Shown here piece after piece: positions 37,745-49,370 of a stretch of DNA of 64,000 nt. The notes under the pieces are model-generated. The model saw only the letters and a program-made list of their open reading frames with translations, made no database searches and had not been told where the DNA came from. Position 1 is the stretch's first letter. Each line of letters starts with the position of its first letter. This DNA is from Leucoraja ocellata (Eukaryota), in contig JAWMAR010000882.1 of the NCBI GenBank assembly GCA_036785375.1, positions 186,001 through 250,000 of the forward strand, given 5' to 3'. The translations under genes were made by a program, and so were the position numbers.

Positions 37745-38126
37745 CAAGTTTCCTTTAAATTTTATTCTGCAATGAGTCCACACACTGTGTCAACATTTAC
37801 TGAAACGAGCAATTCAACTGATGGCTGTGTTTAATCTGCACATGAGTTCGCAGCAAGTGACTGACCGTCAGTGCCATAGCAACAGAAAATCAAACACGCT
37901 ACAATAAATAGTTTAATAATTAATATAAATAGAATTAAATATGGTTTAAATAGCAGCTGACACTGTATGTACATTAAGGATTTAATCCCAGTTTGTAAAC
38001 AGTCTACAGGTGGGAAACTACTCGCCGTCGGTCGGAGATAGTGGAGCAAAAGGTCGGAAGAGTGAGCTGAATGCGGGAAGATTGATGAGCAGGCGGTGCC
38101 GGCAGTGTTGCTCTTGGAGTCAGACC
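37745..38126 (-). other. NPPC: Probable non-coding exon 3 (3' UTR) of CNP gene A
   Basis: Strong acceptor TTTTTCTCTCCCATTCCCAG|GG at 38127/38126; four ATTTA within 37905-37951; AATAAA at 37766-37761. End position approximate. Confidence 0.7.
37761..37766 (-). terminator. Polyadenylation signal AATAAA, CNP gene A
   Basis: tttatt on the plus strand, downstream of the ARE cluster of exon 3. Confidence 0.55.
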
Positions 38127-38247
38127 CTGGGAATGGGAGAGAAAAATCAACTGTGTGAGTTAAGGAGCCAATGCCCACAGTACAAAATCTAACATGGGAA
38201 TTTTAACACCCACCATCTAAAATTGCTTTAGCAACTTTGTATTAATA

Positions 38248-38449
38248 TGTTTAAGAAGGAATTGCAGATGTTGGAGCAATCGAAGGCACACAAAAATGCT
38301 GGAGAAACTCAGCGGGTGTGGCAGCGTCTAAGGAGAGAAGGAATGGGTGACGTTTCGGGTCTAGACCCTTCTTCAGACCCGAAACGTCACCCATTCCTTC
38401 ACTCCATAGATGCTGCCTCACCCGCTGAGTTTCTCCAGCATTTTTGTCT
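38248..38449. mobile_element. Palindromic Penelope-derived element in intron 2 of CNP gene A
   Basis: Inverted arms caaaaatgctggagaaactcagcggg / cccgctgagtttctccagcattttt. Confidence 0.8.
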
Positions 38450-39472
38450 TGTATTAATAGGTGATGGGATTCACTGGGATAAGCTTTCTTTCCCACTAAA
38501 AGTCAGCATTTACAGTTTCTTGTATCACCACGAAGTGAGAGGAAACTGGTGATACCAATAAAGGATAGCAACAATGAGCTGATTGTACGGATAGGGAGAG
38601 AGAGGGGAAGGTGGTAGTAGGATTACAATTGGCGCAGATAGCTGGTGGCACAGCAGGGGGTTCAAGACATTGTTACTTTTAATGGAGGTTGCCTTGCCAG
38701 GGCTTCTATCCTTCAGGTAAAGAATATTTACGAATTAAGTAATCAGGAAGTACGAGTAACAGATCAAATATCCGGGATCCAGAACACCAGAGTCAATCGG
38801 AGTTAAAATTAACTTAATCAGTTTGGGTGTGATGTGTGTTTCTCTTCAAACATGTTGAGAATGGAAGGGCACTTTAATATGGCAAAACTATAAAAAAAAT
38901 GCAAGATCCCTAATTTAGTGACATATGGACGAGTTGCATATCCAGCTATTGTTGCTTGTTCCTGCAGAATAGGGCAAGCAGTTACCTTTCATGGCGAAAG
39001 GAGAATGATGAATGATTAGTAAGATGGGAGTGATCAATAAGGCACGGATGCTACGGTTAAGGTGACGGGGCGATGGGTTAGGAGAGGACGTGAGAGAATG
39101 GGCGGTGGTGACCGTGGGTGGGAAGCGGGGGTAGGACGAGCTGAAGGGACGTGTCCAAGGTGCTGAAATTGAAGTTTAAGGTAGGTTTGCAATGTTTTTT
39201 CTCCGAATTGTAGGGAATACATTGTGATTATTTACTGAAAACTCATTGTATGAATGCCTTTCAAATGAGACGAGAGCGGCACACTCTTTCGCCGACCAGT
39301 TGTACACTGATAAAGAACTGCAGTTCAAGTTACATATTTTAAGCAATCGTTTCCCGCGGTAGCCGGAAAACAGCTAACTTATTTACTCTGAACGGCCTAT
39401 ATTTGCTTTCCCAATTGGCCACATGCTCCCTGACGATATCTCGCAGTGTCCCACTTACCTTGACGCAAGTCG

Positions 39473-39730
39473 CTAGCAGCCCAGGCCGCTCATGGACCCG
39501 ATTCGATCCAGTTTCACTCCAAAGCAGCCCCGAGATCGTCCCTTTTTGCTTCTGCGTCGAAATCGGAGGGGGCTGGTGTTGAGGTCTTGAAAGATTCGCG
39601 CGAGGCTGGCAATCTCCCGGGGCTGGTTATCGTTGAAATCGGACCGGGACGCGGCTGGGGGTGCTTCATTGGTCAGGTCCTCGGAGGTGGAGTAGCGGCT
39701 GAATTCGCCTTCCAGCAGTCTGCTCAGAGC
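39473..39730 (-). CDS. NPPC: CNP gene A exon 2: [85 protein letters not shown]-stop
   Basis: Manually translated, 258 nt in frame with exon 1; 17-residue ring CFGxKLDRIGxxSGLGC, stop directly after the second Cys, KK site before the 22-mer; donor GTAAG 14 nt after the stop. Confidence 0.95.
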   Translation of the reverse strand, partial: ALSRLLEGEFSRYSTSEDLTNEAPPAASRSDFNDNQPREIASLARIFQDLNTSPLRFRRRSKKGRSRGCFGVKLDRIGSMSGLGC

Positions 39731-40487
39731 CTGGGAACAAGAACAAACCGTAAGGATTGAGAGGTCGGATTTAATTGTCCACTGTACGCATTGAATGTAA
39801 AACTGAACAGGAACAGGTCATTTGGCCACAATGCCAGTGCCGAATATGATGCCAAGTTAAACTAATCTCCTCTGCCTGCATGTTATACATATCCCTCATT
39901 TTCCGCACATCTTCGTGCCTCTTAAACATCACTATCATATCTACCTCCACCACCATCCCTGACCGCGCGTCCCAGCAACCCATCACCCTCTGTATAAAAA
40001 AAAACATGATTCGCACATCTCCGTTAAACTTTACCCATGTCAGGGGAAAGCTATTGTGACTTGTATTGGAATTTATATCAAGTATGGCGCCAACCTGGAG
40101 AGAGAGGTAGCTGACATTTCCAAACGCCGATTAACTCAGCCGCGATTCATTAGGTGTGAAGCGACCCCCGAAGCACCAGTTCCTAACTAGGAATCGGTTC
40201 ATGATTGCTGTTTGGTCGACCACTACTACCAGAGACACTTCCGTTCATCGGAAAGGAAATGTCCGAAATATCACTCGCACACGATCAACAGTTGAAATGT
40301 GCTGGTTTTTTTTTTTTACCTGGTCAACAGTCACAGTGAGGCACGAAATACATCACTGGCCTCGCTTTGTCCAATCTCACGGATCGCCCATTACGGAGAG
40401 GTCTAGACCGCTGTGGCCATTGGAACTGATTCAATGGCCAGAGTTTGGTTTGCTCTGTTGTTCCCTAGATACTGTTGGACATCTTAC

Positions 40488-40577
40488 CTGTAAATCTTCA
40501 TCGGAGCTCGGTCTGGCGTCAACCTGGAAGAGGAGCAGAAGCAAGAGTCCGCAGTAGAAGTTCACGTTTCCGCTCAT
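40488..40577 (-). CDS. NPPC: CNP gene A (CNP3-type), exon 1: MSGNVNFYCGLLLLLLFQVDARPSSDEDLQ
   Basis: ATG at 40577-40575; hydrophobic signal peptide with probable cleavage at VDA|RP; donor CAG|GTAAG at 40488/40487. Confidence 0.93.
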
Positions 40578-40665
40578 CTCTGAGCTTCTGATTGGATTGG
40601 ATCTCGGCGCTTCAAACTCTCCGCTCGCTGCCTCTTTTCCACTGCCTCTGTGCTGCGACTCGGTC

Positions 40666-40795
40666 TCTTTTATTGCTCTCCTGGCTGACGTCATCCCACC
40701 GCGAATTACCACCCTGGTTATTAATAAAGCCATCACCTCCCCGTCACTTCTCTGAGATAAAATGAATAGAAAATGTGGTAACATTTCCACGTGTC
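40666..40795 (-). promoter_or_regulatory. Proximal promoter of CNP gene A
   Basis: TATA-like AATAAAA 40674-40668, CRE TGACGTCA 40686-40693, MEF2-consensus TTATTAATAA 40718-40727, GATA AGATAA 40755-40760, E-box CACGTG 40788-40793. Confidence 0.65.
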
Positions 40796-42131
40796 ACTAG
40801 TTGAGATGGTCTGTACGTGAGTTAGTTTATGTGGCGATGCCAGTCACTGCCATCTGAGCGTTGTCATTTTAAGCCGACTTTTAAATCAATTCACTTTGAG
40901 CATCGTGGACAAGCGAATGCCAGATCTTTGGGCTGCCCTGATAAATGCGAGTCGAAGTGAACGCATTGCATTGCTCAAAGCTCACCTGACCGCCGATTAC
41001 CACAGGGACATTTTTTTTGTTCATTAAGATAAATTACTCGGTCGAATTAAGCTGCTTTCATAGTACAAAATACTTACAAGGTAGGCAGTAATTAGTCACT
41101 AGCGGATCCAGTACTTCTTGCTTTATAATGCAATATGCTCGGAATTCGCCACTATCAGCTAACTTTGGCCACTGTCTATGTTCAGGCATTAGTAATGCTC
41201 AACCTTTTGGATAGCTCAAAGTGTAAAATCGGCACTTTCTGCGTTCAGGTGGAGGAGTAGAAATAGTTGGGACAAATGTCACAGCAATTTAACCTGTGAC
41301 TGGCGTTTTAGTCAGAGGGTGGTGAATCTGTGGAATCCATTGCCACAGAAGGCCGTGGAGACCGTCACTTGATATTTTTAAGGCAGAGATCGATAGATTC
41401 TAGATTAGTACGCGTGTCAGGGGCTATGGGGAGAAGGCAGGAGAATGGGGTTAAGAGGGAAAGATAGATCAGCCATGATTGAATGGCGAAGTAGACCTGA
41501 TTCTGTTCCTATCACACACAAGAAAAAAACATTTTCTTTAACCAGCGATCGGGAATGATTAGTCGCAATCAAATTCCCTTCGCCCCGGCATGTTATTTGG
41601 CATCTGGACTAACAGGGACAGTGGAGAGTGTCACCATTTGTAACATAGTCACTAAAAGGAGAGCTGGTGGGTGGACTCAGTGTGTCAAGTAGTATCAGTG
41701 GAGGGAGATGGACAATTGACATTTCAGGGGACCCTTCACCTGGTCTTCCAGTAGTTTCCCTTTTTTTTGCTCCAGATGCCAACATCTGCAGTCTGGTGTA
41801 CCACGTTAATATTTTTTGTTATGGATTGGACCTGTCTGTATTTACAAGTGCCACGGACAGAAAATTAAAAACAAATGATCGTGATGCTCTTTGGGATACA
41901 CCACGGTTGTGAAAATCATGTACCAATCAGGCTTAATCTTTCTTTCAATTCGCTCCATCGCTTATATGAAATTTGTGTGTATTACACAAAGTGTTGGAGT
42001 AACTCGGTGGGTCAGGTACCATACATGGGGGACATGGGTAGGTGACGTTTCGGGTGGGGACCCTTCTTCAGACTCAAGGAGTGTGCGATTTACTCGTGTG
42101 GCTTTGAACCAGAAAAGGCGATTTAAACCAG

Positions 42132-42298
42132 AAGGTACACAAAAATGGTGGAGAAACTCAGCGGGTGCAGCATCTATGGAGCGAAGGAAATAGGCAACGT
42201 TTCGGGACGAAACGTTGCCTATTTCTTTCGCTCCATAGATGCTACTGCACCCGCTGAGTTTCTCCACCATTTTTGTGCACCTTCGATTTTCCAGCATC
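42132..42298. mobile_element. Palindromic Penelope-derived element
   Basis: Near-perfect about 70-bp stem centred on gtttcg-gga-cgaaac. Confidence 0.8.
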
Positions 42299-43044
42299 AG
42301 CTTAAACGATTGAAACCAGGCTCATTAGCGAAATGATAAGCCGACGGTAGGATACCCAGAGTTTGGGTGACGCGCCAGGATTCATTAAACCAGGCACATA
42401 AGTGGGATGACTTTGAGTTGTGACAATGGAAGTCCTTACACTCGCTGTAACCTTTTAAAGAATTGACAGTGGAAGTCTGAGCCGCATGGAATGTTTCGGG
42501 AGTTGTGTCATAACTTGGTAGATTCACACTGCAGCTCCATGACAGGAGATAATTGGATGGCGAGATCTGATAAACAATGTTCTGTGCAGTCTCCCATAGT
42601 CTTGTATCAAACGCTATACTCAAAGAAACTTTATTTAGAATTTTATTTCCCTATTGAATACAGTTTACTTCAATTAATATCAGTGAATTTTAGTTCACGG
42701 CCCAATTGAGCTGTTTGATAGCGGGGTATGTTTGTGTCGCATCATAATGTTCTTAACTTTAAATAAATGCGCAGGATTCTGATGCCTGTCTGGCTGGGAG
42801 ATTTGGAAGTGTGTTGGAATATGCGGGGTTAATGTGTGTTATTTGCAGCAATGGGGGCAATGCTGACTTCTTGCCATCTTTTCGACCTCATCGTATCTAA
42901 TTTTTTCTGGAGAAACAAACACTTATTGGTAACACGTCATCCATCTGGGCACCCATAACCTGATTTTGTTTGTTTTTTAATTTACATCCAAACTATGAAA
43001 TGTTTTTGCCAGGCTACTTTATATAGACATTGATCGATTAATAT

Positions 43045-43570
43045 TGAGAGTCATACAGAATGGAAACAGGCCCTTCGGCTCAACTTGCCCACGCCGATCA
43101 ACATGCCCTATCTATATTGATCCCACCTGCATACTTTTAGCCCATATCCTTCTAAACCTATCCTATCCTTGTACCGGTCCAAATGTGTTTTAAACATTGT
43201 GATAGCACCTGCCTCAATTACCTCCTCCGGCAGCTCGTTCCATAGACCTACCACCCTTTGAGTAAAAAGCCCCTCAGCTTCCTATTAAATCTCTCGCCCC
43301 GCATCAAACCGATGTCCTCTGGTCCTTGATTCCCCTACTCTGGGTAAAAGGCTCTGTGCATATTCCTTATCTATTCCCCTGATGATCTTATACACCTTTA
43401 TAAGATCAGCCCTCGTTCTCCTGCGCTTCATGTTATAAAGTCCTAGCCTGCACAAATCTCCCTATAACGCGGGCCGTCTAGTCCAGCAAAAGAACGTCGT
43501 TCCTATCACAGAGTGACCAAAACTCAACACAATACCTCAAACGTGGCCCCACCGATGTCTTGTACCTCTC
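43045..43570 (-). mobile_element. CR1 LINE 3' fragment
   Basis: Reverse complement of a CR1 RT C-terminus (RYKTSVGPRLRYCVEFWS) and 3' UTR. Confidence 0.75.
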
Positions 43571-43949
43571 TTGGGTAAGAAGTATTGAAGTGCAACCGCG
43601 TTCATTTCCAGAAGTACAGGAATGAGGAAGGGTGGGGATGGGACACTTCTGTAGCCTGTACTTTGTAAGCTCGTGTGGCAACATTGGCTCCCGCCGGTCC
43701 ACAAATGGAGGGAAGAGGGGAGGTGGGAGAAGAGTGGTGCCGGGGGATTCGGGGCAAATTTGGGATGCCCGGGTTGTTGCAGATATCATGTTTGTGTGAT
43801 TTCGCCGTCGAATAAAGCAATAATGTTATTTGGAGGCACAAAGAACTGCAGATGCTGGAATCCTGGCCAAAACACAATGTGCTGGAGGAACTTAGCGGGC
43901 CAGGCAGAATCTGTGAAGGGTCGGGATAGATTGACGAGGGTTTAGTTGG

Positions 43950-44237
43950 GAGATGCAGCATGGAAACAATTTCCTCGGCCCTCCGAGTCCACGCTGACTA
44001 TTGATCACACCAATTCTCAGTAGTTCTATGTAATCCAACTGTATCACTCACTCCTTACATGCCAGGGGGCGATTTACAGAGGCCAATTAACTCGCATGTC
44101 ATTGGGACATGGGAGGCAAGCGGGGCACTCAGAAGAGACCTACGTGGCCACAAGGAGAACGTGCAAACTCCATACAGGCAAGATAAATCCCGGGTGTCTG
44201 GCGCCGTGAGGTCCACCAGCTGCGCCACTCCGTGCCC
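43950..44237 (-). mobile_element. tRNA-derived SINE
   Basis: Same family, diverged. Confidence 0.7.
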
Positions 44238-45129
44238 GAAGGTGGGGAATTGAATTGTAATAATGGAATGACTTCCGCCACTTTGACCCGAAGTATTGAT
44301 CACATCCGAAATTGCTGGGGGCTCTTTTTCACGACTGTTGCCTTCAGCCACCCTCAACCTGACAGGGCATGTTCACCAGATCAGCAGTTGCTAAGTGTCT
44401 TCTGAGCAAATAAGTGAGGCGAACGTTTATTAAGGTGTACCTGCAACTAAAGAAAAGATGACCTTGCTACCAACCCCGACTAGGAACCATTCTAAAGTTC
44501 ATGGGCAACATCAATGTTCAGATGGGGTTTGGGATGTTGCAGTGTAGGAGAAAGAAAGATCTCTTCAGATCCACCATGATCATTACTCCATGCCCACGGC
44601 ATGGACGAAATACTTTAATAATCTCACCTGAGAATGAAAAGTCAGTGAAGATGCAGCACATCCCACCTCCAAACAACTGGAACAGCTGCTGGGCACAATA
44701 TTCCATGTTTAATCCCCCATTTTGTGAATATTAATCTTTATAAACCATGACATTCTAAGCATCCCTGTAGCCCATCATAAGTCCTCTCAACAGTTGTCCC
44801 CGCGTCTCATTTCACACAGACCCCAGCTACTAATTCCTTGAATACAAATGACACAAACACATTACACTAGCCTTCCCATAGAGGATAATGTGACACGGTC
44901 ACCAATAGCAACAACAGAATGGCGATGCTTAATAGGCTTCATTGGCTTAATGTTACAGAGGAGAGTATCTGGACTTTAAAAACAAATACATTTGACAAGG
45001 TCCCACACAAGAGATTAGTGTGCAAAATTAGAGCACATGGTATTGGGGGAAGGGTATTGACATGGATAGAGAACTGGTTGGCAGACAGGAAGCAAAGAGT
45101 AGGAATTAACAGGTCCTTTTCAGAATGTC

Positions 45130-45640
45130 CAGGAACAACACTGGGATTGTCAAACGGGCCCATCAGCAATTGCACTTCCTGAGGAAACTCAAACAGGCCT
45201 CACTCCCCACCAACAACCTCAGGACTTACTACAGGGGCATGGTGGAGTCTGTACTCACGTGCTGCATAAACACGTGGTACTCCAACTGCAACTGCTCAGA
45301 CAGGAAGGCTCTGCAGAGGGTAGTGAGGGGAGCAGAGAGGATCATTGGCGTCTCCCTACCCTCGGTACAAGAACTATTCCAGAGCCGCTGTCTGAAAAAA
45401 ACTCTGAGAATAACTAAGGACAAACTGCATCCCATCCACACACACCTTGGTCTCATGCCATCAGGCAAGAGATACCGTAGCATCAAAGCCCGGACTACCA
45501 GACTGCTCAACAGCTTCCTGCCACAGGCTGTGAGGCTGCTAAACAATCACTCTGTACTCACAGTCACCCGATTCTGCAGCTTTGCATTGACATTTTAATA
45601 ACTCTGGCACTGGCCACTCAAATCAGCTGCCCTGGACATT
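45130..45640 (+). mobile_element. Rex1/Babar-type LINE RT C-terminal fragment
   Basis: AHQQLHFLRKLK...ESVLTCCINTWY...LQRVVRGAERIIG...LMPSGKRYRSIKARTTRLLNSFLPQAVRLLN. Confidence 0.85.
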
Positions 45641-45649
45641 TAAATGATT

Positions 45650-45822
45650 GGTTGCTGGTGTTGAGGGCCAGGTTATTGCGCTGGCACCATATGGACAGTT
45701 GCTCGATCTCTCTTCTATATTCGGACTCATCCCCATCAGTGATACGCCCCACAATGGTGGTGTTGTCAGCGAACTTGATGATGGAGTTCGCACTGTGGTT
45801 GGCTACGCAGTCATGGGTATAA
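45650..45822 (-). mobile_element. Rex1/Babar-type RT core fragment
   Basis: LYTHDCVANHSANSIIKFADNTTIVGRITDGDESEYR (FADD-like motif). Confidence 0.85.
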
Positions 45823-46823
45823 AGTATTTTCCTTTGTATGGATAGAGAGTGGAAAGTTAACATTAAAAATATCATCACTCAGTTTTATGCACCCAGTTAC
45901 CAGATCAGATACTATAAGTGAATATAATTTAGTCGTTATCTTGGAGGTACGATTAACACATGGTAGGACACAGGCATAAGGAGCTTACAGCCAAGGCAAT
46001 ATGTAAGGACAGCACTGGTTGCAGCTCTCCTGAGGTCAAGGATGTAGACAAATCATAATGAATCAGAGTTTGAGTCTAGGTAGAGTGAACAGGAAAGAAC
46101 TATTCCCTTCACCTATGGAGTCAATACCTAAAATGCACAGCTTTAAGGTAATGGAAGACAATGTTTTCACCCAGTGGAGGAAACGGCCAAGAACTAAGTA
46201 TTGAAAAGGAAGGAAAGGGTAGTAAATTGTTAGCAACTCAATAAGTGTTGAGTTGAACACTTGACGTTCTCTGGCCTAGGAAGGTTGTGAGGAGAAAGCT
46301 AGGCTATGGAATTACGCAGTTCCTTTCGCCTGCAATGTTCGCAGTCACTGAATGGCTTATATGGTCATAAACTTAAATGATATAATGATTCGGTTAATGT
46401 GCCAACATCATTATACGAGGAAGAAATGTCCCCAGTGTTATATTGAGGAACGACCATGGGCATTGGGTACTCACTACAGTCCCCCACAGATTATTTGGGA
46501 AATGCATTAGATTATGTAATCTGTTGCCAAATTTTGCCCCGTCAGCAGGCATTTAATGTTGGAATCAGATCAATGTTGACACCAGTCTGTTCACACCTCT
46601 GCCCACACTAGATAAAGTCTGGCATCTATATTGTGCTTTTAAAGCATATAACCTAATTCTGAGCAAGCAGGTGGGTCTGAAATCATAGATTGCAACAACA
46701 AATATGTTGCTGGACACGATTCTATAACTTTATTGGACACAGTTTGTGGTTTAGTACAATTTTAATTCCTCCCGGGGGAACAATTTAATATATGTAAATG
46801 AAAGGGAATGGAACATGTATTTC

Positions 46824-47165
46824 ATAGAAACATAGAAATTAGGTGCAGGAGTAGGCCATTCGGCCCTTCCAGCCTGCACCACCATTCAATATGATCATGG
46901 CTGATCATCCAACTCAGTATCCCGTACCTGCCTTCTCTCCATACCCTCTGATCCCCTTAGCCACAAGGGCCACATCTAACTCCCTCTTAAATATAGCCAA
47001 TGAACTGGCCTCGACTACCCTCTGTGGCAGAGAGTTCCAGAGATTCACCACTCTCTGTGTGAAAAAAGTTCTTCTCATCTCGGTTTTAAAGGATTTCCCC
47101 CTTATCCTTAAGCTGTGACCCCTTGTCCTGGACTTCCCCAACATTGGGAGCAATCTTCCTGCAAT
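46824..47165 (-). mobile_element. Young CR1 LINE 3' end
   Basis: GRLLPMLGKSRTRGHSLRIRGKSFKTEMRRTFFTQRVVNLWNSLPQ; nearly identical to the 34165-34458 copy. Confidence 0.88.
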
Positions 47166-48224
47166 CTTCCTAATTTCCATAGCCAATTCTTTCTCATATT
47201 CCAAAGGCTCTTTAGTTATCGTGCATCTGGAATTAGGGTATCAGGGGTTATGGGGAGAAGGCAGGAGAATGGGGTTAGGAGGGAGAGATAGCCACGATTG
47301 AATGGCGGAGTAGACTTGATGGGCTGAATGGCCTAATTCTGCTCCTTTCACCGATTAACTAATTATTAAAGAATGTAAAACAAAGAGGAATGCCCCTGGA
47401 GCTCTCCTATTTCTAAATTCCTTTCAAATGACGATTTAAATGCTGTTTCTAAGTTTAGTGACCATTGCAACAAGCAAGCTTCTGCCCCATTGCTGATGGA
47501 TGAGATTGTTCCAAATTCTTTGTCTATCCCCTTCCAATAAACGGAGATATTCGAATTATATTGAGTCATATGAGGTGCACAAAGCATCAATCCCATTGGC
47601 AGCAATGCTGTGCTCAACAGCCAATCGTTCCTAAAGCTCAACTTTTGTTGCCGAACTTTAATGATCTCTCAAACATGGAATGCAAAACAACATAAACAAC
47701 ACGTCAGTTTTTTTGGCATTGCTTTATTATTGTCAACGTACCGAGATACAATGAAACACTTAGTTCTGAGTGCTATCCAGGTTAATCACATCATACACGA
47801 GTACAACTGGTAGTGCAAGAAGAGAAAGGAAACAGAGTGCAGAATATAGTGTTACAGCTACAGAGAAAGTACTGGTGAAAAGTGCAAGGGCCGCGACGAG
47901 GTAGATCGGGAGATCGGGAATACATCCTCAGCATATAAGAGGTCCGTCCACCAGTCTGATAACAGCGGGAGGGAGCTTTTCTTGAATTTGATGGTAGGTG
48001 CTTCTGAGAGATGGGATTGGCCGTGGTGTGTATGCGGGGTCATTGATTATGTATTCCTGGTCATTGCTTATGTTGGCTGATTTCCCGAGGCAGCGTGAAG
48101 CACAGATGCGGTCGCCTCAACAAGCTCGATGCATCTTCATAACTATCTAAGGTGCCGGGATGGAAGTATTATCATTTATAAAGTGGTTTCAATTGTTACT
48201 GGTGATGTTTTTATCAACCCCTTC

Positions 48225-48792
48225 TTATGCTTTGTGCTTTTATTGTACACCCACCTAAAAATGAAAAGCATGGTGAACTATCGATCTTCATCCCACACCC
48301 TCATGAAACAACATTGATTTTCAATGGCAAGGATTAGCCAAAAGTAAATGAAGGATGTTTTCATATCTCACACACTGAAGATGTCATGAACAAAATTCAG
48401 CATCGATGGAAAAGTACAAATAAAATAAATAATGTAGTGTTAGCGTGTCCTGGTTATTTTTACAACTACTGGCTTATTTTGACTTCAACATCAAGTGCAC
48501 TAACTTCGCGTTCCAACAGTTAGACGAACATCACACAGATGAGTTTCAAATAAATACATTTCTCTTAAATTAATATAAATAGCTGTTCATACAAACAAAA
48601 ATTAAATTCGGGAACTTTTACACGATCCTATTAAGGATGGTTGCCAGCGAAATCAAACTTGTAAACATCCTACGGTGTCACTAGAGCTTAACAATAGGTT
48701 TGCAGAAAACGAGTCGAAAGAGCTGTTGTGGAAGTAAACTTTGAAGTGTGGAAAGTGCGTTGTCCTCGCTGTCCCGCGCTTTCACTGAAGCC
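48225..48792 (-). other. Probable non-coding exon 3 (3' UTR) of CNP-like gene B
   Basis: Acceptor TTCTCTTTTCTTTTCCAG|GG at 48793/48792; six ATTTA including TTATTTATT (48432-48424); AATAAA at 48244-48239. End position approximate. Confidence 0.7.
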
Positions 48793-49370
48793 CTGGAAAA
48801 GAAAAGAGAACGTCAATTTCATATGTTGCCTCAGATTTAAAACCTAATGATTGTTTTAATCGTGATTTGATTCAAATAGAGTGAGGATTCAAGAATGTGC
48901 ATAATCGGGAAAGTTGCACTTTAACCTCCCTTATACATCCCTTCCACAAAAAGCATGTTTGCATGTACTCCTTTCATTTTCTACATCTAGACAATGAAAC
49001 AAACATCATTCTTTGCCCTTTAAGAAAGCTTTCTTTGAGTTGAGAGTGAAATACCAGTTATCTCCAGAGTTTGCCACCTTCTCTATTGTTTTCAGCCAAC
49101 TTCAAGTTGCAAACGTGATTGGTGGAGTAGCAGGAACGTTGTTTCTATGGTATTCCTACCATTATTCTAGACCTCCCAATAGTTGGCCCACTGTTAATAA
49201 TTTGCTAAACTAAATTTATTTTACATAATGTACATGTAACCTTTTTTTTAACCAAAAATTTCGTTAATTACACCCAACCGGTAACTGCTTTCATTTTAAA
49301 CTTAAAGTAAACGTGATCGGTGAAGAGTGATACTTGCACAATTAGAGATCTCTTACCTAAAGTGACACGA

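Noticed and set aside
38961-38985. Alternative acceptor for gene A exon 3 (TTCTGCAG)
   Set aside because: Weaker pyrimidine tract; the 38127 acceptor resembles the gene B acceptor and leads to the shared 15-mer, AREs and AATAAA. Minor use cannot be excluded.
39555-39580. Apparent frameshift in CNP gene A before the ring
   Set aside because: Recounting the G run (5 G) keeps the frame; the exon is 258 nt and open, so not a pseudogene.
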